In this document: positions 1-8,410 of the stretch, piece after piece
Layout: every line of letters begins with the position of its first letter
Numbering within the stretch: position 1 is the first letter of the stretch
NCBI GenBank assembly: GCA_039683575.1
Contig: JBDKRC010000070.1
Coordinates: 1-32,178, forward strand
DNA: 32,178 bases
From: Armatimonadia bacterium
GTDB lineage: Bacteria; Armatimonadota; Zipacnadia; Zipacnadales; UBA11051
Direction of reading: 5' to 3'
Position numbers and translations under genes: made by a program
Notes under the pieces: generated by a model
What the model was told of the DNA's origin: nothing
Database searches by the model: none
Seen by the model: the letters and a program-made list of their open reading frames with translations, nothing else

Positions 1-3000
1 CTCAAAGGCTATGATCTTGCCCTCGCTGGTCTCCACGACGGGGTTGCTCAGGTAGCGCAGCACCAGGCGGGTGGCTTCGTTGATCAGCCTGCTGATACTC
101 GCCCGTCCCATCGCCACGCGGTTGAACTGGTCCTGCCGCCGGACTGCGGTCGGGGGGATGTTGTATAGCGCGGTCTTGCCCCACGGCGTCTGATTCACGA
201 AGAGCACTGGCACCTCAGCGTCGAGCAGAACGTCCGCTGTCGTCGCCCGGTATTTGCCGACGCAGGCGCGATGCTCGGTGTGCTCAGTCAGTCCGGCAAG
301 TGCCGACAGAGGGTTGCCCGGCATTTCATTCACCCTGATGTCGTGCACCTGAACCGGATCGCTCGCCGTGACCCCAAACAGATCCTCCAGACCCTCGACT
401 CCCTCGAAGGCCAGCAGCGAGACGCCCTGCTCGTGCAGCCGCCGGACCTGGTGCAGGCCGTTGTCGCTGACTTGCGTCAGCGGCGGGAGTACCAGCACGT
501 CTATGTCGGCGGCATTCAGCGACGACAGATGGCCAAAGTCGGTCACGAAGCCGGCGTTCTGACCCGCTGTCCGGCTCATTTCGTAGCAATAGGCGGAACA
601 CTCCTCGGCGGTGTTGAACAGGTCCCCGAAGGCCTCGTGGACGTCGCCCGGGTATTCGTCGTAGTGCAATCCGTGGTTTCGGCAACAATCCTCGTTGCAG
701 ACGAACGCATTGGCCTTCAAGGGACGGCGGGGCCGGGCTTTGTCGACAAATCCCCAGATCTTCAGCAGCGCCTCGAAGCGCTCGCGCTCCCACACTCGAG
801 TGTGGAAGCCATGGTCGCTCCAGTAACTGAACCCTTGCCCGTCATGCCAGACGCAGGCGTAGACATACTCCAGGACGCGTTTCATGCTGGCGTTGATGGG
901 CAGGTCTCCGGCCCACATGCCATAGCTCGGCCAGGCCCGGGCGACCGCCGCGTCGGGGCATGGCACCTTGTCACCGGTCTCATTGTACAGTTCCGGATAG
1001 ACGGCCACTGTCGGGGCGAGAGCCTTGAAGCTGGCGAGGAAGAACGGGCCGCTGTGGATGCTGTAGCGACAGGCGTGCGGGTAGTCCTCCAGCATGAAAT
1101 AGCCGTCCCGGAACGCCTCCATCTCGGGACAGCTCTTGAACGATCCAGCGTAGGTGGAGGCATGTGCAGTCTTGTAGATGCCGCCGTACACCGCAACTGG
1201 CCCGTAGGAGCTGATCCTGGCACGAGGGTTGATCCGGGCCACGTCTGCTTTGAACTGCGTCAGCGCCTCGATCCTGCGCGCCCAGAAGTAATCAATCCAC
1301 TGATAGAAGCAGTCGCTCACCAGCGCGTCGAAGGTCGCCTTGTCCGGAATCGTCCCGGCCTCGGCTATGGCCTCGATCTCCGCCACTTTGAAGCCCGTTT
1401 CCCTGGCAAAGTCGAGGAGTATGGCGACAAGCTGCGGATGGTAGAACTGCCTCGCGCAGGGCCTATAGTAGACATCGTTGGGCTCGCCCGGCAGAATGTA
1501 ATCGCAGCCTCGCACCAGGTCGTGGTTATGGTCCAGCGTGTAGTCCTGCATCACGCGACCGCCGAGCCACAGGAACCACTCGCGCTTGTAGAGCTTGAGC
1601 AACTCCCACAGCCGCTTCTCGCGGGCAAAATGCGGCATCATACCTGTGCAGATCGAGATGTAGTGCGACACGTCGACACAATCCGCCCGCCACGGGTCGA
1701 AGTTGTCGGTGTCCTGGCCCTTGACTTCATTGCTCATCGAGAAGCACTTGGGCAGCTGGCTGGCTGCGGCGCCGCTCTGCGTCGTGCCCAGGACTTCAAA
1801 GGCGCGGTAGTCCTCCCGCAGGACCGTCACGCCGTCTCGTAAGCGGAACCGCAGGTGGTAAACGCCTGGGGCCAGCGTGCCGAGGGTGAGCCAGCTTGAG
1901 CGAAGCCGCTGGATATCGAGGGCAATGGGCTCGTTCCCCGCGCTTACTTTCACCGTCTCGTACTCGGTCAGGCCCTCGAAGAACGCACTCTCCAGGCGGT
2001 ACTCGACCGCCAGTGGCTCATGTGCCGCGCTGTTCCTGGCACACACCTCGAACTGGAACAGGCACTCTTCGCCTGGAGCGAAGTAGTGATTGGCTTGTGC
2101 GAAGGCCAGCGCCCGATCGTAGTCAACAGTGGTAGCGGGAAGGTCCTGACAGAGCTGCTTGTCGGCGGGTGATCTCAACTCCACAACCGCGGTTTCCGGA
2201 GACAAGGCTTGACCGGAGTAGACAATCTCCCCGCGGCCGGCGTCGTACGCGGTCTCGTAGGGCCTCTTCACCTCAAGATGCTTATTCACGGCGCGGTTGC
2301 CATAGGCCTTATATCCGGCGAAGAGGACCGAGTCCTGGTCCACCTCGCGCAGGTAGAAGGTCTTCCTGAAGGGCCAGGGCGGATCCTGGTGAGCGATGCT
2401 GTAGAAGTACTGCTTGTGGGGGAGCGCCAGGACGAGGGCTTCGTCGCTCAGGCTCAGTTCGGAGACGCCACGCCGGGCCTCGATCCGCAGGTACGGCCGA
2501 TCCAGTACCTCTACATAGTGCCCGTGGTATGGGAACCAGGGCACGTCCGGTCGCGTCTTCTCCCCTCCAGAGAGTTCGACCTCGACTCTTGCGGCTTCGC
2601 CAACCCGCGTCGCGGTCACCGTCCAGACGATGGGAATGTCCATGCCATTGATGGGGGCGAAGGGGATGCGGAGGTCGGTCCAGAGGCTCTGCTCCTCAAT
2701 GGTATCGTCGCTCTCAACTGTCAGCGAAAGCAAGCGAAGCTCACCCAGGAAGGATCCCCGGCACAGGGCAATCAGACCTCGGCAGTCCTGCTCGAGCGAG
2801 GCTGTGAGACATTCCCTGGAGTTCAGCTTCAGGCTGAGTTGGCCGTTTCTCAGCACCACCTCAAACTCGACGACCCCGCCCTGGGCCACGGCCTCCGCAA
2901 TGGTCCTCTCGGCGATAGTCTCTCCATTTGGCGAAACCAACTTGGCATAGGCCCTGTCTCCCTTTGCGCCGAACTCAAGCAGCAGCCCCTGCCGGATATG

Positions 3001-3249
3001 CGGGTCATAGGCGAAGAAGACCTGCAGTGAGAATTCCTTGTTGTTGATACCCCAGTCCGCCTCGAGGGCCCCTCGGATCACGAAGCTCTCCAGCCTCGGG
3101 ATGTTCGGCAGAAGCCGGTTGCCGGCATCCAGGAAGACCAGTTTCCCGTTGCGGATGACAAAGTCGCTGTAGCCGTCCGGAACGTGTTGCTCTACCGTCC
3201 AGTCGGAAAGAGCACTGCTCGTGAAATCGCCCTGGAAGATCGGGTACAT
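1..3249 (-). CDS. Large hypothetical protein (>1083 aa, truncated at the window edge), no signal peptide; probable glycoside-hydrolase-like protein with a GH42-trimerisation/class I GATase-like segment toward the C-terminus
   Basis: Absent from the ORF track because the frame runs off the window. Hand translation from the ATG at 3249 gives MYPIFQGDFTSSALSDWTVEQH... and reads ...SNPVVETSEGKIIAFE at base 1. A GGAG RBS lies within the last codons of the upstream gene. The segment ADIDVLVLPPLTQVSDNGLHQVRRLHEQGVSLLAFE resembles the GH42-type trimerisation fold. The CDS is well supported; the function is weak inference. Confidence 0.85.
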   Translation of the reverse strand, partial: MYPIFQGDFTSSALSDWTVEQHVPDGYSDFVIRNGKLVFLDAGNRLLPNIPRLESFVIRGALEADWGINNKEFSLQVFFAYDPHIRQGLLLEFGAKGDRAYAKLVSPNGETIAERTIAEAVAQGGVVEFEVVLRNGQLSLKLNSRECLTASLEQDCRGLIALCRGSFLGELRLLSLTVESDDTIEEQSLWTDLRIPFAPINGMDIPIVWTVTATRVGEAARVEVELSGGEKTRPDVPWFPYHGHYVEVLDRPYLRIEARRGVSELSLSDEALVLALPHKQYFYSIAHQDPPWPFRKTFYLREVDQDSVLFAGYKAYGNRAVNKHLEVKRPYETAYDAGRGEIVYSGQALSPETAVVELRSPADKQLCQDLPATTVDYDRALAFAQANHYFAPGEECLFQFEVCARNSAAHEPLAVEYRLESAFFEGLTEYETVKVSAGNEPIALDIQRLRSSWLTLGTLAPGVYHLRFRLRDGVTVLREDYRAFEVLGTTQSGAAASQLPKCFSMSNEVKGQDTDNFDPWRADCVDVSHYISICTGMMPHFAREKRLWELLKLYKREWFLWLGGRVMQDYTLDHNHDLVRGCDYILPGEPNDVYYRPCARQFYHPQLVAILLDFARETGFKVAEIEAIAEAGTIPDKATFDALVSDCFYQWIDYFWARRIEALTQFKADVARINPRARISSYGPVAVYGGIYKTAHASTYAGSFKSCPEMEAFRDGYFMLEDYPHACRYSIHSGPFFLASFKALAPTVAVYPELYNETGDKVPCPDAAVARAWPSYGMWAGDLPINASMKRVLEYVYACVWHDGQGFSYWSDHGFHTRVWERERFEALLKIWGFVDKARPRRPLKANAFVCNEDCCRNHGLHYDEYPGDVHEAFGDLFNTAEECSAYCYEMSRTAGQNAGFVTDFGHLSSLNAADIDVLVLPPLTQVSDNGLHQVRRLHEQGVSLLAFEGVEGLEDLFGVTASDPVQVHDIRVNEMPGNPLSALAGLTEHTEHRACVGKYRATTADVLLDAEVPVLFVNQTPWGKTALYNIPPTAVRRQDQFNRVAMGRASISRLINEATRLVLRYLSNPVVETSEGKIIAFE

Positions 3250-3256
3250 GTGGACT

Positions 3257-6200
3257 CTACTCCAGTGTTATCCCAAACAGCAGGAGAGTCATCTCTCCAG
3301 AACTGCCCGAGCGCGCCTCGATTGAGCTGATGGTCTTTTCCGGGTGTGGATTCGGCCAGGTGAAGGTCGGCAGGTTCATGAACGCCGCCCCGCCGACCGT
3401 GCCGAAGAGGCCGATATCGCACTGGCGGCCCAGCGTCGGGTCATTGGCGGCGACAATGTTGACGCGGTAGGCAAGTGGGATCACCTCGAACGTGCCGTCG
3501 GCATAGTTCACCCGGTACTCGCCGGGGATGATGCTGGCGAATTTCTTCGTATTGGCGGGCATGTCTTCGTCAGCGATGACCTGGCGCGAGGTGGCGTGCA
3601 TGAACGTCAGAACCCGCGCTGCGGCATTCACCGGCAGCACCGCTTTGGCTGGCGCCAAAGTGGCGGGGTCCACGCCCTTCTCGACCACCTCGAAGTCATC
3701 GAACCACGCCGTGGTGCCGGGGCCGTCTGCCGTCAGGGAGATGCGGAGCGCCGCGAAGCTCGATGGTAGCGGCATCTCCTTGGTTGTCCAGTCCCCCTTG
3801 GTCGCAGCCGAGTGGACACTCTTTGACTCATCCCACCGGAACTTCTCATCCCCGGAGTATGTCCAGGCACGCGCCGTCCCCGGTCCCTCCACCTTCACGC
3901 GATAGCGCACGACATACTCCCGCTTCGGGTCCAGGGCCAGGTCCTGCGAGGCGCGGCGGAAGGCATTACCCGACAGCCGTGCGACCTTGAGCGCGCCCTG
4001 ATCGCCGCTGAAAGCCGTGTCGTCGGCCGTGTCCACCACCCACGCCGTCACGCCCTGGGAGAAGTCACCATTGCGGACCACGGCATACTCCCGCCCAGTC
4101 AGGGCCACCGCAGCCGGCTGGCCGCCCGGGCGGAACGCGTCCACCGAGGCACCGCGGACGTTGCGGTAGGGCGTGGCGATGAAGCCGGGATCGGTGCCTG
4201 CAGGCAGGCCCAGCAGCTTGACCAATTGATCGCCACTGACGAGGCCTTCGGGCGCGGGGACACTCCTGCCGGGCCCCGCCGGGTAGCTCACTCGCTGCCA
4301 GTATGCCGCCCCCTCCATGATCGCGTCGGGCACAAAGCTGAAGTGCCCCAGATCACAGTCCTCCGGCGACCAGCTCAGGTACGCTGTGAGCGAGCAGGCG
4401 CGAATCCACTCCGTAGGCATGGATTCGGGCGAGGAGCTGTTCCAGGCGGTCAAGAGCAGCCCCTCGCCGCCGTACTTGGCGATGGAATGTGCCAGCCGCG
4501 CCACGCCCTTAGGCGCGTACCATGGACAGCCGATGGTAGGTAGTCCGGCGTCGCGGAACATCTTGACCGAAGGGAAGTCCTCGGTCACCTCGCGGCTACC
4601 GCTGTACTCCCAGTCAAAGATGGTCATGTCCTTGGGGAGCCGCGCCAACAGCTCCGGCCCGCACACATCCATATTGGGGCCGTTGTGGGTAGGCTCGATC
4701 ATGTCACCCCAGATGAACATGCGAATGCCCTGCTTGCGGAAGAACTCCGCATTGACGTTGAGCGCCGTGGCGTACCAGTCCGAGGGCTTCCAGTTCTTCG
4801 CTTTGGCCGCGGGCGAGGTGACCATGTGGCCGAAATGGGCCTCGTCCATGGCGATACAGAAGCTCTTGGGGTGCAGCGTGTCAATGATCTCCTGCTGCAA
4901 GGCCAGCATGACCTTGTGGGTCTCCGGATTGGCGACATCGAGGTTGCGGTAGCCGGACTGGAGCACGTCCTCGTCGTCCACGAGCAGCTCTTTGCCACCG
5001 GGCATGACCTTGAGATACTGCGTCCGCCCCCACGAGGCGAAGTACGGGATAGGCTCGATGCCTCGGGCGCGGGCGTAGTTGAACAGGTCTACCAGTTCCT
5101 GCTTGGTGATCTTCGTCTTGCCGCCGATGGGGTAGCTCTCGAACGGGAAGAGTGTTGGCCCGCCGAAGCTGTCCAGGTAGACCAGCAGCTTGTTCATGCG
5201 CAGGAGGAAGGCCACGTCGATGATACGCTTGTCCAGTTGCACCATCAGGCCGCGGAAAGGCAGGCGCGGGGCATCGTAGAGGGTTAGCGCCGGCAGGGCG
5301 GCCTCCTTGGTCAGGCGCGCCCGGTTGGCCATCAGGATAAGAGTGGCGATGCCGCGCAGCACACCCTCGCGGGTGCGGCCGGTGACCATGGCCTTGCCTG
5401 GGCTGAGTTCGAGCTTGAAGGCCTCCGGGCTCTTCAGCTTGGTGCGCTCGGAAGCGCTCAACGACTTGTCGCCGAAGACATCATCCACCTGTACGGTCAC
5501 CTGCGCCTTGCCGTCGCCTGTGACGGTAAGGGCCTCCCGCAAGGTCTGCAGGACACCGGGGTCGATCTTGACGCCCTTCGGTGCGACCGCAGCCGTCGCC
5601 GGCAGCTTGAAGGCGCCCGTGTGCCGCGTCAGCTTCACCGGCGCCCCGGCCAGGAGCAGGTCAGGGACGCCGAGAGTGCTTGTGAACTTGCCGGTGAGAG
5701 CCTTGCTGACCACCGGCCCGGTGAGCGCCGGAAGCTGCAGCGTGATCGGCACGAATTCACGCGGCACAGCGTAGAACTGCCCCGCGACGGGCGCGTAGGT
5801 GAGGTTCTCCTCGGTGCCCTGGGTGCGGTGGCGGGTGAAGTTGACATACAACTTGCGCTCGCCGCCGACAGACTCGCCGTACAGGTCGCTAAGCTTCACC
5901 CGCAGTTCGCAGGTCCACTCGCCCTTGCCGACCGCGGCCTTCGCATCCCAGTCAGGGTTGAAATCCACCTTTGTCGTCGGATACCAGGTGGCGCTGGGGC
6001 TGCTAACGTTGTGATGGTCCCAGTTGCGGGCGCCGGCGGCGTTGACGATCACATGCGCGAACGACACCTGGTCCCAGGAGAAGAACGTCTCGGTGCAGTC
6101 GTCGTTGTAGATGCCGATGGGGGAGAGGCCGTTGGCCTCCTGGGGCTTGGTCGCCTTCAGGCCCGCGATGTTGGGCTCGGCGAGGCGGTACCCGACGTAG

Positions 6201-6865
6201 AGGTAGCCATCGCGCAGCGCAATCAGGGCCTCGTTGCTGAAGGCAGCAGGGGCCTCCACGTTGCCGAGCACTCGGAAGGGCGAGAAGCGGGCCGCATTGG
6301 CCCATAGCGGGTCGTCGAGCTTGCCATCGAGTGTTACGGCGGCGGTGCTGGGGGTTAGGACCGCGTTCGGCTGTTCGCCGATCTGCTCGAGCTTGACGTC
6401 CCGGTAGGTGACCGTGGTGTTCGCTCCGCTGGCGCGCACGTCGAGACGGAACTTAACCGTCGCGGGCGAGGCGGTGACGATGGTCTTGACGCTGGCGAAG
6501 TCGCCCTTGCGCTTCGTTTCGGTGTAGCGAGGATGTGCCTCGTCCCATTTCCCCTGTGCATCACCGCTGTAGACGATTCCCGACGAGCTACCCTCGCCCT
6601 CGACTTTGGCTCGATAGGAGAAGACATACACGCCACCGGGCTTGACCGGCACGTCCTGGAACACCCGCAGCATGTAGTTGCCCCAGCCCTCAGCGCCACG
6701 GCTGAGCACGAAGCTCTCTGCGGTGATGGCCACCTTGCCATCGGTGGGTTGCTGGGACTGGGGTGACCACTTTTCCAGGGGCAGGTCCACGGCCTGGGGA
6801 ACCTGGGCCATCGTAGCGGCTGCGCATAGGCAGAGAGCAATGCCAACGAGGAAGATGCGTGTCAT
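3257..6865 (-). CDS. Secreted multimodular GH20-like beta-N-acetylhexosaminidase (CBM4/9-like, CBM9-like, GH20 domain 2, GH20-like barrel, C-terminal beta domains)
   Basis: 1202 aa with GGAG RBS and signal peptide MTRIFLVGIALCLCAAATMA-Q. CBM9-like motif LDGKLDDPLW. GH20 domain-2 signature PEAFKLELSPGKAMVTGRTREGVLRGIATL, followed by YDAPRLPFRGLM. Catalytic-type DE pair in CIAMDE (4841-4846), then MFIWGDMI. Confidence 0.8.
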   Translation of the reverse strand: MTRIFLVGIALCLCAAATMAQVPQAVDLPLEKWSPQSQQPTDGKVAITAESFVLSRGAEGWGNYMLRVFQDVPVKPGGVYVFSYRAKVEGEGSSSGIVYSGDAQGKWDEAHPRYTETKRKGDFASVKTIVTASPATVKFRLDVRASGANTTVTYRDVKLEQIGEQPNAVLTPSTAAVTLDGKLDDPLWANAARFSPFRVLGNVEAPAAFSNEALIALRDGYLYVGYRLAEPNIAGLKATKPQEANGLSPIGIYNDDCTETFFSWDQVSFAHVIVNAAGARNWDHHNVSSPSATWYPTTKVDFNPDWDAKAAVGKGEWTCELRVKLSDLYGESVGGERKLYVNFTRHRTQGTEENLTYAPVAGQFYAVPREFVPITLQLPALTGPVVSKALTGKFTSTLGVPDLLLAGAPVKLTRHTGAFKLPATAAVAPKGVKIDPGVLQTLREALTVTGDGKAQVTVQVDDVFGDKSLSASERTKLKSPEAFKLELSPGKAMVTGRTREGVLRGIATLILMANRARLTKEAALPALTLYDAPRLPFRGLMVQLDKRIIDVAFLLRMNKLLVYLDSFGGPTLFPFESYPIGGKTKITKQELVDLFNYARARGIEPIPYFASWGRTQYLKVMPGGKELLVDDEDVLQSGYRNLDVANPETHKVMLALQQEIIDTLHPKSFCIAMDEAHFGHMVTSPAAKAKNWKPSDWYATALNVNAEFFRKQGIRMFIWGDMIEPTHNGPNMDVCGPELLARLPKDMTIFDWEYSGSREVTEDFPSVKMFRDAGLPTIGCPWYAPKGVARLAHSIAKYGGEGLLLTAWNSSSPESMPTEWIRACSLTAYLSWSPEDCDLGHFSFVPDAIMEGAAYWQRVSYPAGPGRSVPAPEGLVSGDQLVKLLGLPAGTDPGFIATPYRNVRGASVDAFRPGGQPAAVALTGREYAVVRNGDFSQGVTAWVVDTADDTAFSGDQGALKVARLSGNAFRRASQDLALDPKREYVVRYRVKVEGPGTARAWTYSGDEKFRWDESKSVHSAATKGDWTTKEMPLPSSFAALRISLTADGPGTTAWFDDFEVVEKGVDPATLAPAKAVLPVNAAARVLTFMHATSRQVIADEDMPANTKKFASIIPGEYRVNYADGTFEVIPLAYRVNIVAANDPTLGRQCDIGLFGTVGGAAFMNLPTFTWPNPHPEKTISSIEARSGSSGEMTLLLFGITLE

Positions 6866-6897
6866 ACTTGGTCTCCATATAGCTAGGGGTGTGGGAC

Positions 6898-8214
6898 CTA
6901 TGCGGGCCGCGGCGGGTCCTGATCGTACATCTCTTGGAGCATTGCCAACGCCTGCTCGACCATGGCCTCCCCGGTGCCGGGGGCGACGGCGCAGTGCTGC
7001 CCCACCCAGGTCTGATAGCCGCCGTCCTTGTAGGCCTGCAGGTCTGGGATGTAGCCGATCTCCTCGTTGGCGAGGCCGATCAGGAAGGTATGGCGGAAGG
7101 GCGAGCGGCGGCGCAGGTCCAGGCCGAGCCGGGCGTACATCTCGCCCGGTATGCCCACCAGCACGACGTCGCCCAGGCGAATTACTATCAGCGTTGTCTG
7201 GTACTCCTTGCCCTGCGTTGCGGCCATCTGGACCCGCATATTGGCGAACATGCGCTGCGAAGCCTCGGAGTGGTCGCCGAAGTAGCGGTCGGCGTAGCGC
7301 CGGACGTCCTCAGCGGCCTGCGCCTCGTCAAACTCGCGTTGGCGGTAGGCAAAGGGGCGCCGCAGCACCTGTACAGGCGCTGCCGCGAAGGGCCTCGCAT
7401 GCTGCAGGCCCTCTTCGACGGCGGCGGTGAGGCGATAGACCAACTCCGCGGAGGGCAGGCCGCTGCCGTTGTACGTGATGTTGTGGCTGGATCCGAAAGC
7501 GCCGGGCAGGAAGAGCGCGGTCGTATGCTCGCGCTGCTCTACCTCCTGGCGGGCAAGGCCGGAGAAAGCCGGTGACATGACGTTGCGGTCAACGGCGCCG
7601 ATGTTGTGGACGGAATGATTGAATAGCACGCCGGCCAGGCTGCCACCGGCGCGGCGGAAGGCCAGTACTGGCACATCGGGGTCGTAGGGGCCAGTGGGGC
7701 GAACGACGTCCTGCTCTTCGTAGCTATACCAGCCGATCAGGCCGTCTTTGAGCAGCAGGCGGCTGTTGCGGCCGATGGTGGCCTCCTGACTGAGCCCCAG
7801 CAGGAACTCAACCTGCTTCTCGCTCTCCGGCCGGTCAGGATCATCCAGCACCGCGCAGGCCTGCTGCACTGCCAGTACCGCGCCGTCTTCCATGCGGCGC
7901 TTGTACTCGGGATTGGGTGTGGCGCCGAAGGAGTCATGGGTAGTCGGGCCGGTGTGGGTGTGCGTGGCGCAGATGAGAACGTTGTCGGCCGGGATAGATG
8001 TGCTCTCGGCAATGCGCCGCGTCGCGGCATGGATCATGTCTGTGGGCGGTACGAGGGCATCAATCGAGACCAGACACAGGCGCGTATCGGCCTCGATCAC
8101 CAGCGCCGTGGCTCGGAACTCCCCCTCGTGACCGCGAACGAACACGGGCTCAGTGCCTGGATGGGCGTCGTCGGTCAGTGAGACAGCGGCGGCAGCGGCT
8201 CGGAGGGTGGGCAT
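6898..8214 (-). CDS. Neutral/alkaline non-lysosomal ceramidase-family amidohydrolase, cytoplasmic
   Basis: Family motifs NVLICATHTHTGP, GPYDPDVPVL, LFLPGAFG, GIPGEMY and GLANEEIGYIP. Start moved from 8271 to the ATG at 8214, which has an AGGAG RBS (438 aa). No signal peptide. Confidence 0.8.
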   Translation of the reverse strand: MPTLRAAAAAVSLTDDAHPGTEPVFVRGHEGEFRATALVIEADTRLCLVSIDALVPPTDMIHAATRRIAESTSIPADNVLICATHTHTGPTTHDSFGATPNPEYKRRMEDGAVLAVQQACAVLDDPDRPESEKQVEFLLGLSQEATIGRNSRLLLKDGLIGWYSYEEQDVVRPTGPYDPDVPVLAFRRAGGSLAGVLFNHSVHNIGAVDRNVMSPAFSGLARQEVEQREHTTALFLPGAFGSSHNITYNGSGLPSAELVYRLTAAVEEGLQHARPFAAAPVQVLRRPFAYRQREFDEAQAAEDVRRYADRYFGDHSEASQRMFANMRVQMAATQGKEYQTTLIVIRLGDVVLVGIPGEMYARLGLDLRRRSPFRHTFLIGLANEEIGYIPDLQAYKDGGYQTWVGQHCAVAPGTGEAMVEQALAMLQEMYDQDPPRPA

Positions 8215-8410
8215 GGGGGCTACTCCTGCGTAAGCGTTCGGGCCCTCTTCAGGGCCGTGCTGCGCAGGCATTCACCGCCCGTGTCGCAGCCACCTTCTGC
8301 CTGCGGAAGACGTTTGATGCCGGGGAGGAGGCTTCCTGTCCACGGGGAAGTCCCCATAGCACGCGGTACAACAACCACACCCCGCGCCTCGCGGGGAGGA
8401 GAGATGAGCT

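Noticed and set aside
271-3030. Long + strand ORFs 271..1842 (523 aa) and 2209..3030 (273 aa)
   Set aside because: They are in-register antisense shadows of the real minus-strand gene 3249->1, with no recognisable motifs. Such shadows are typical of high-GC DNA.
2700-3249. Idea that the N-terminus of the edge protein is a DUF1080/3-keto-glycoside hydrolase partnering the oxidoreductase
   Set aside because: It shows only a generic beta-rich pattern, and I could not identify the family's conserved motifs.
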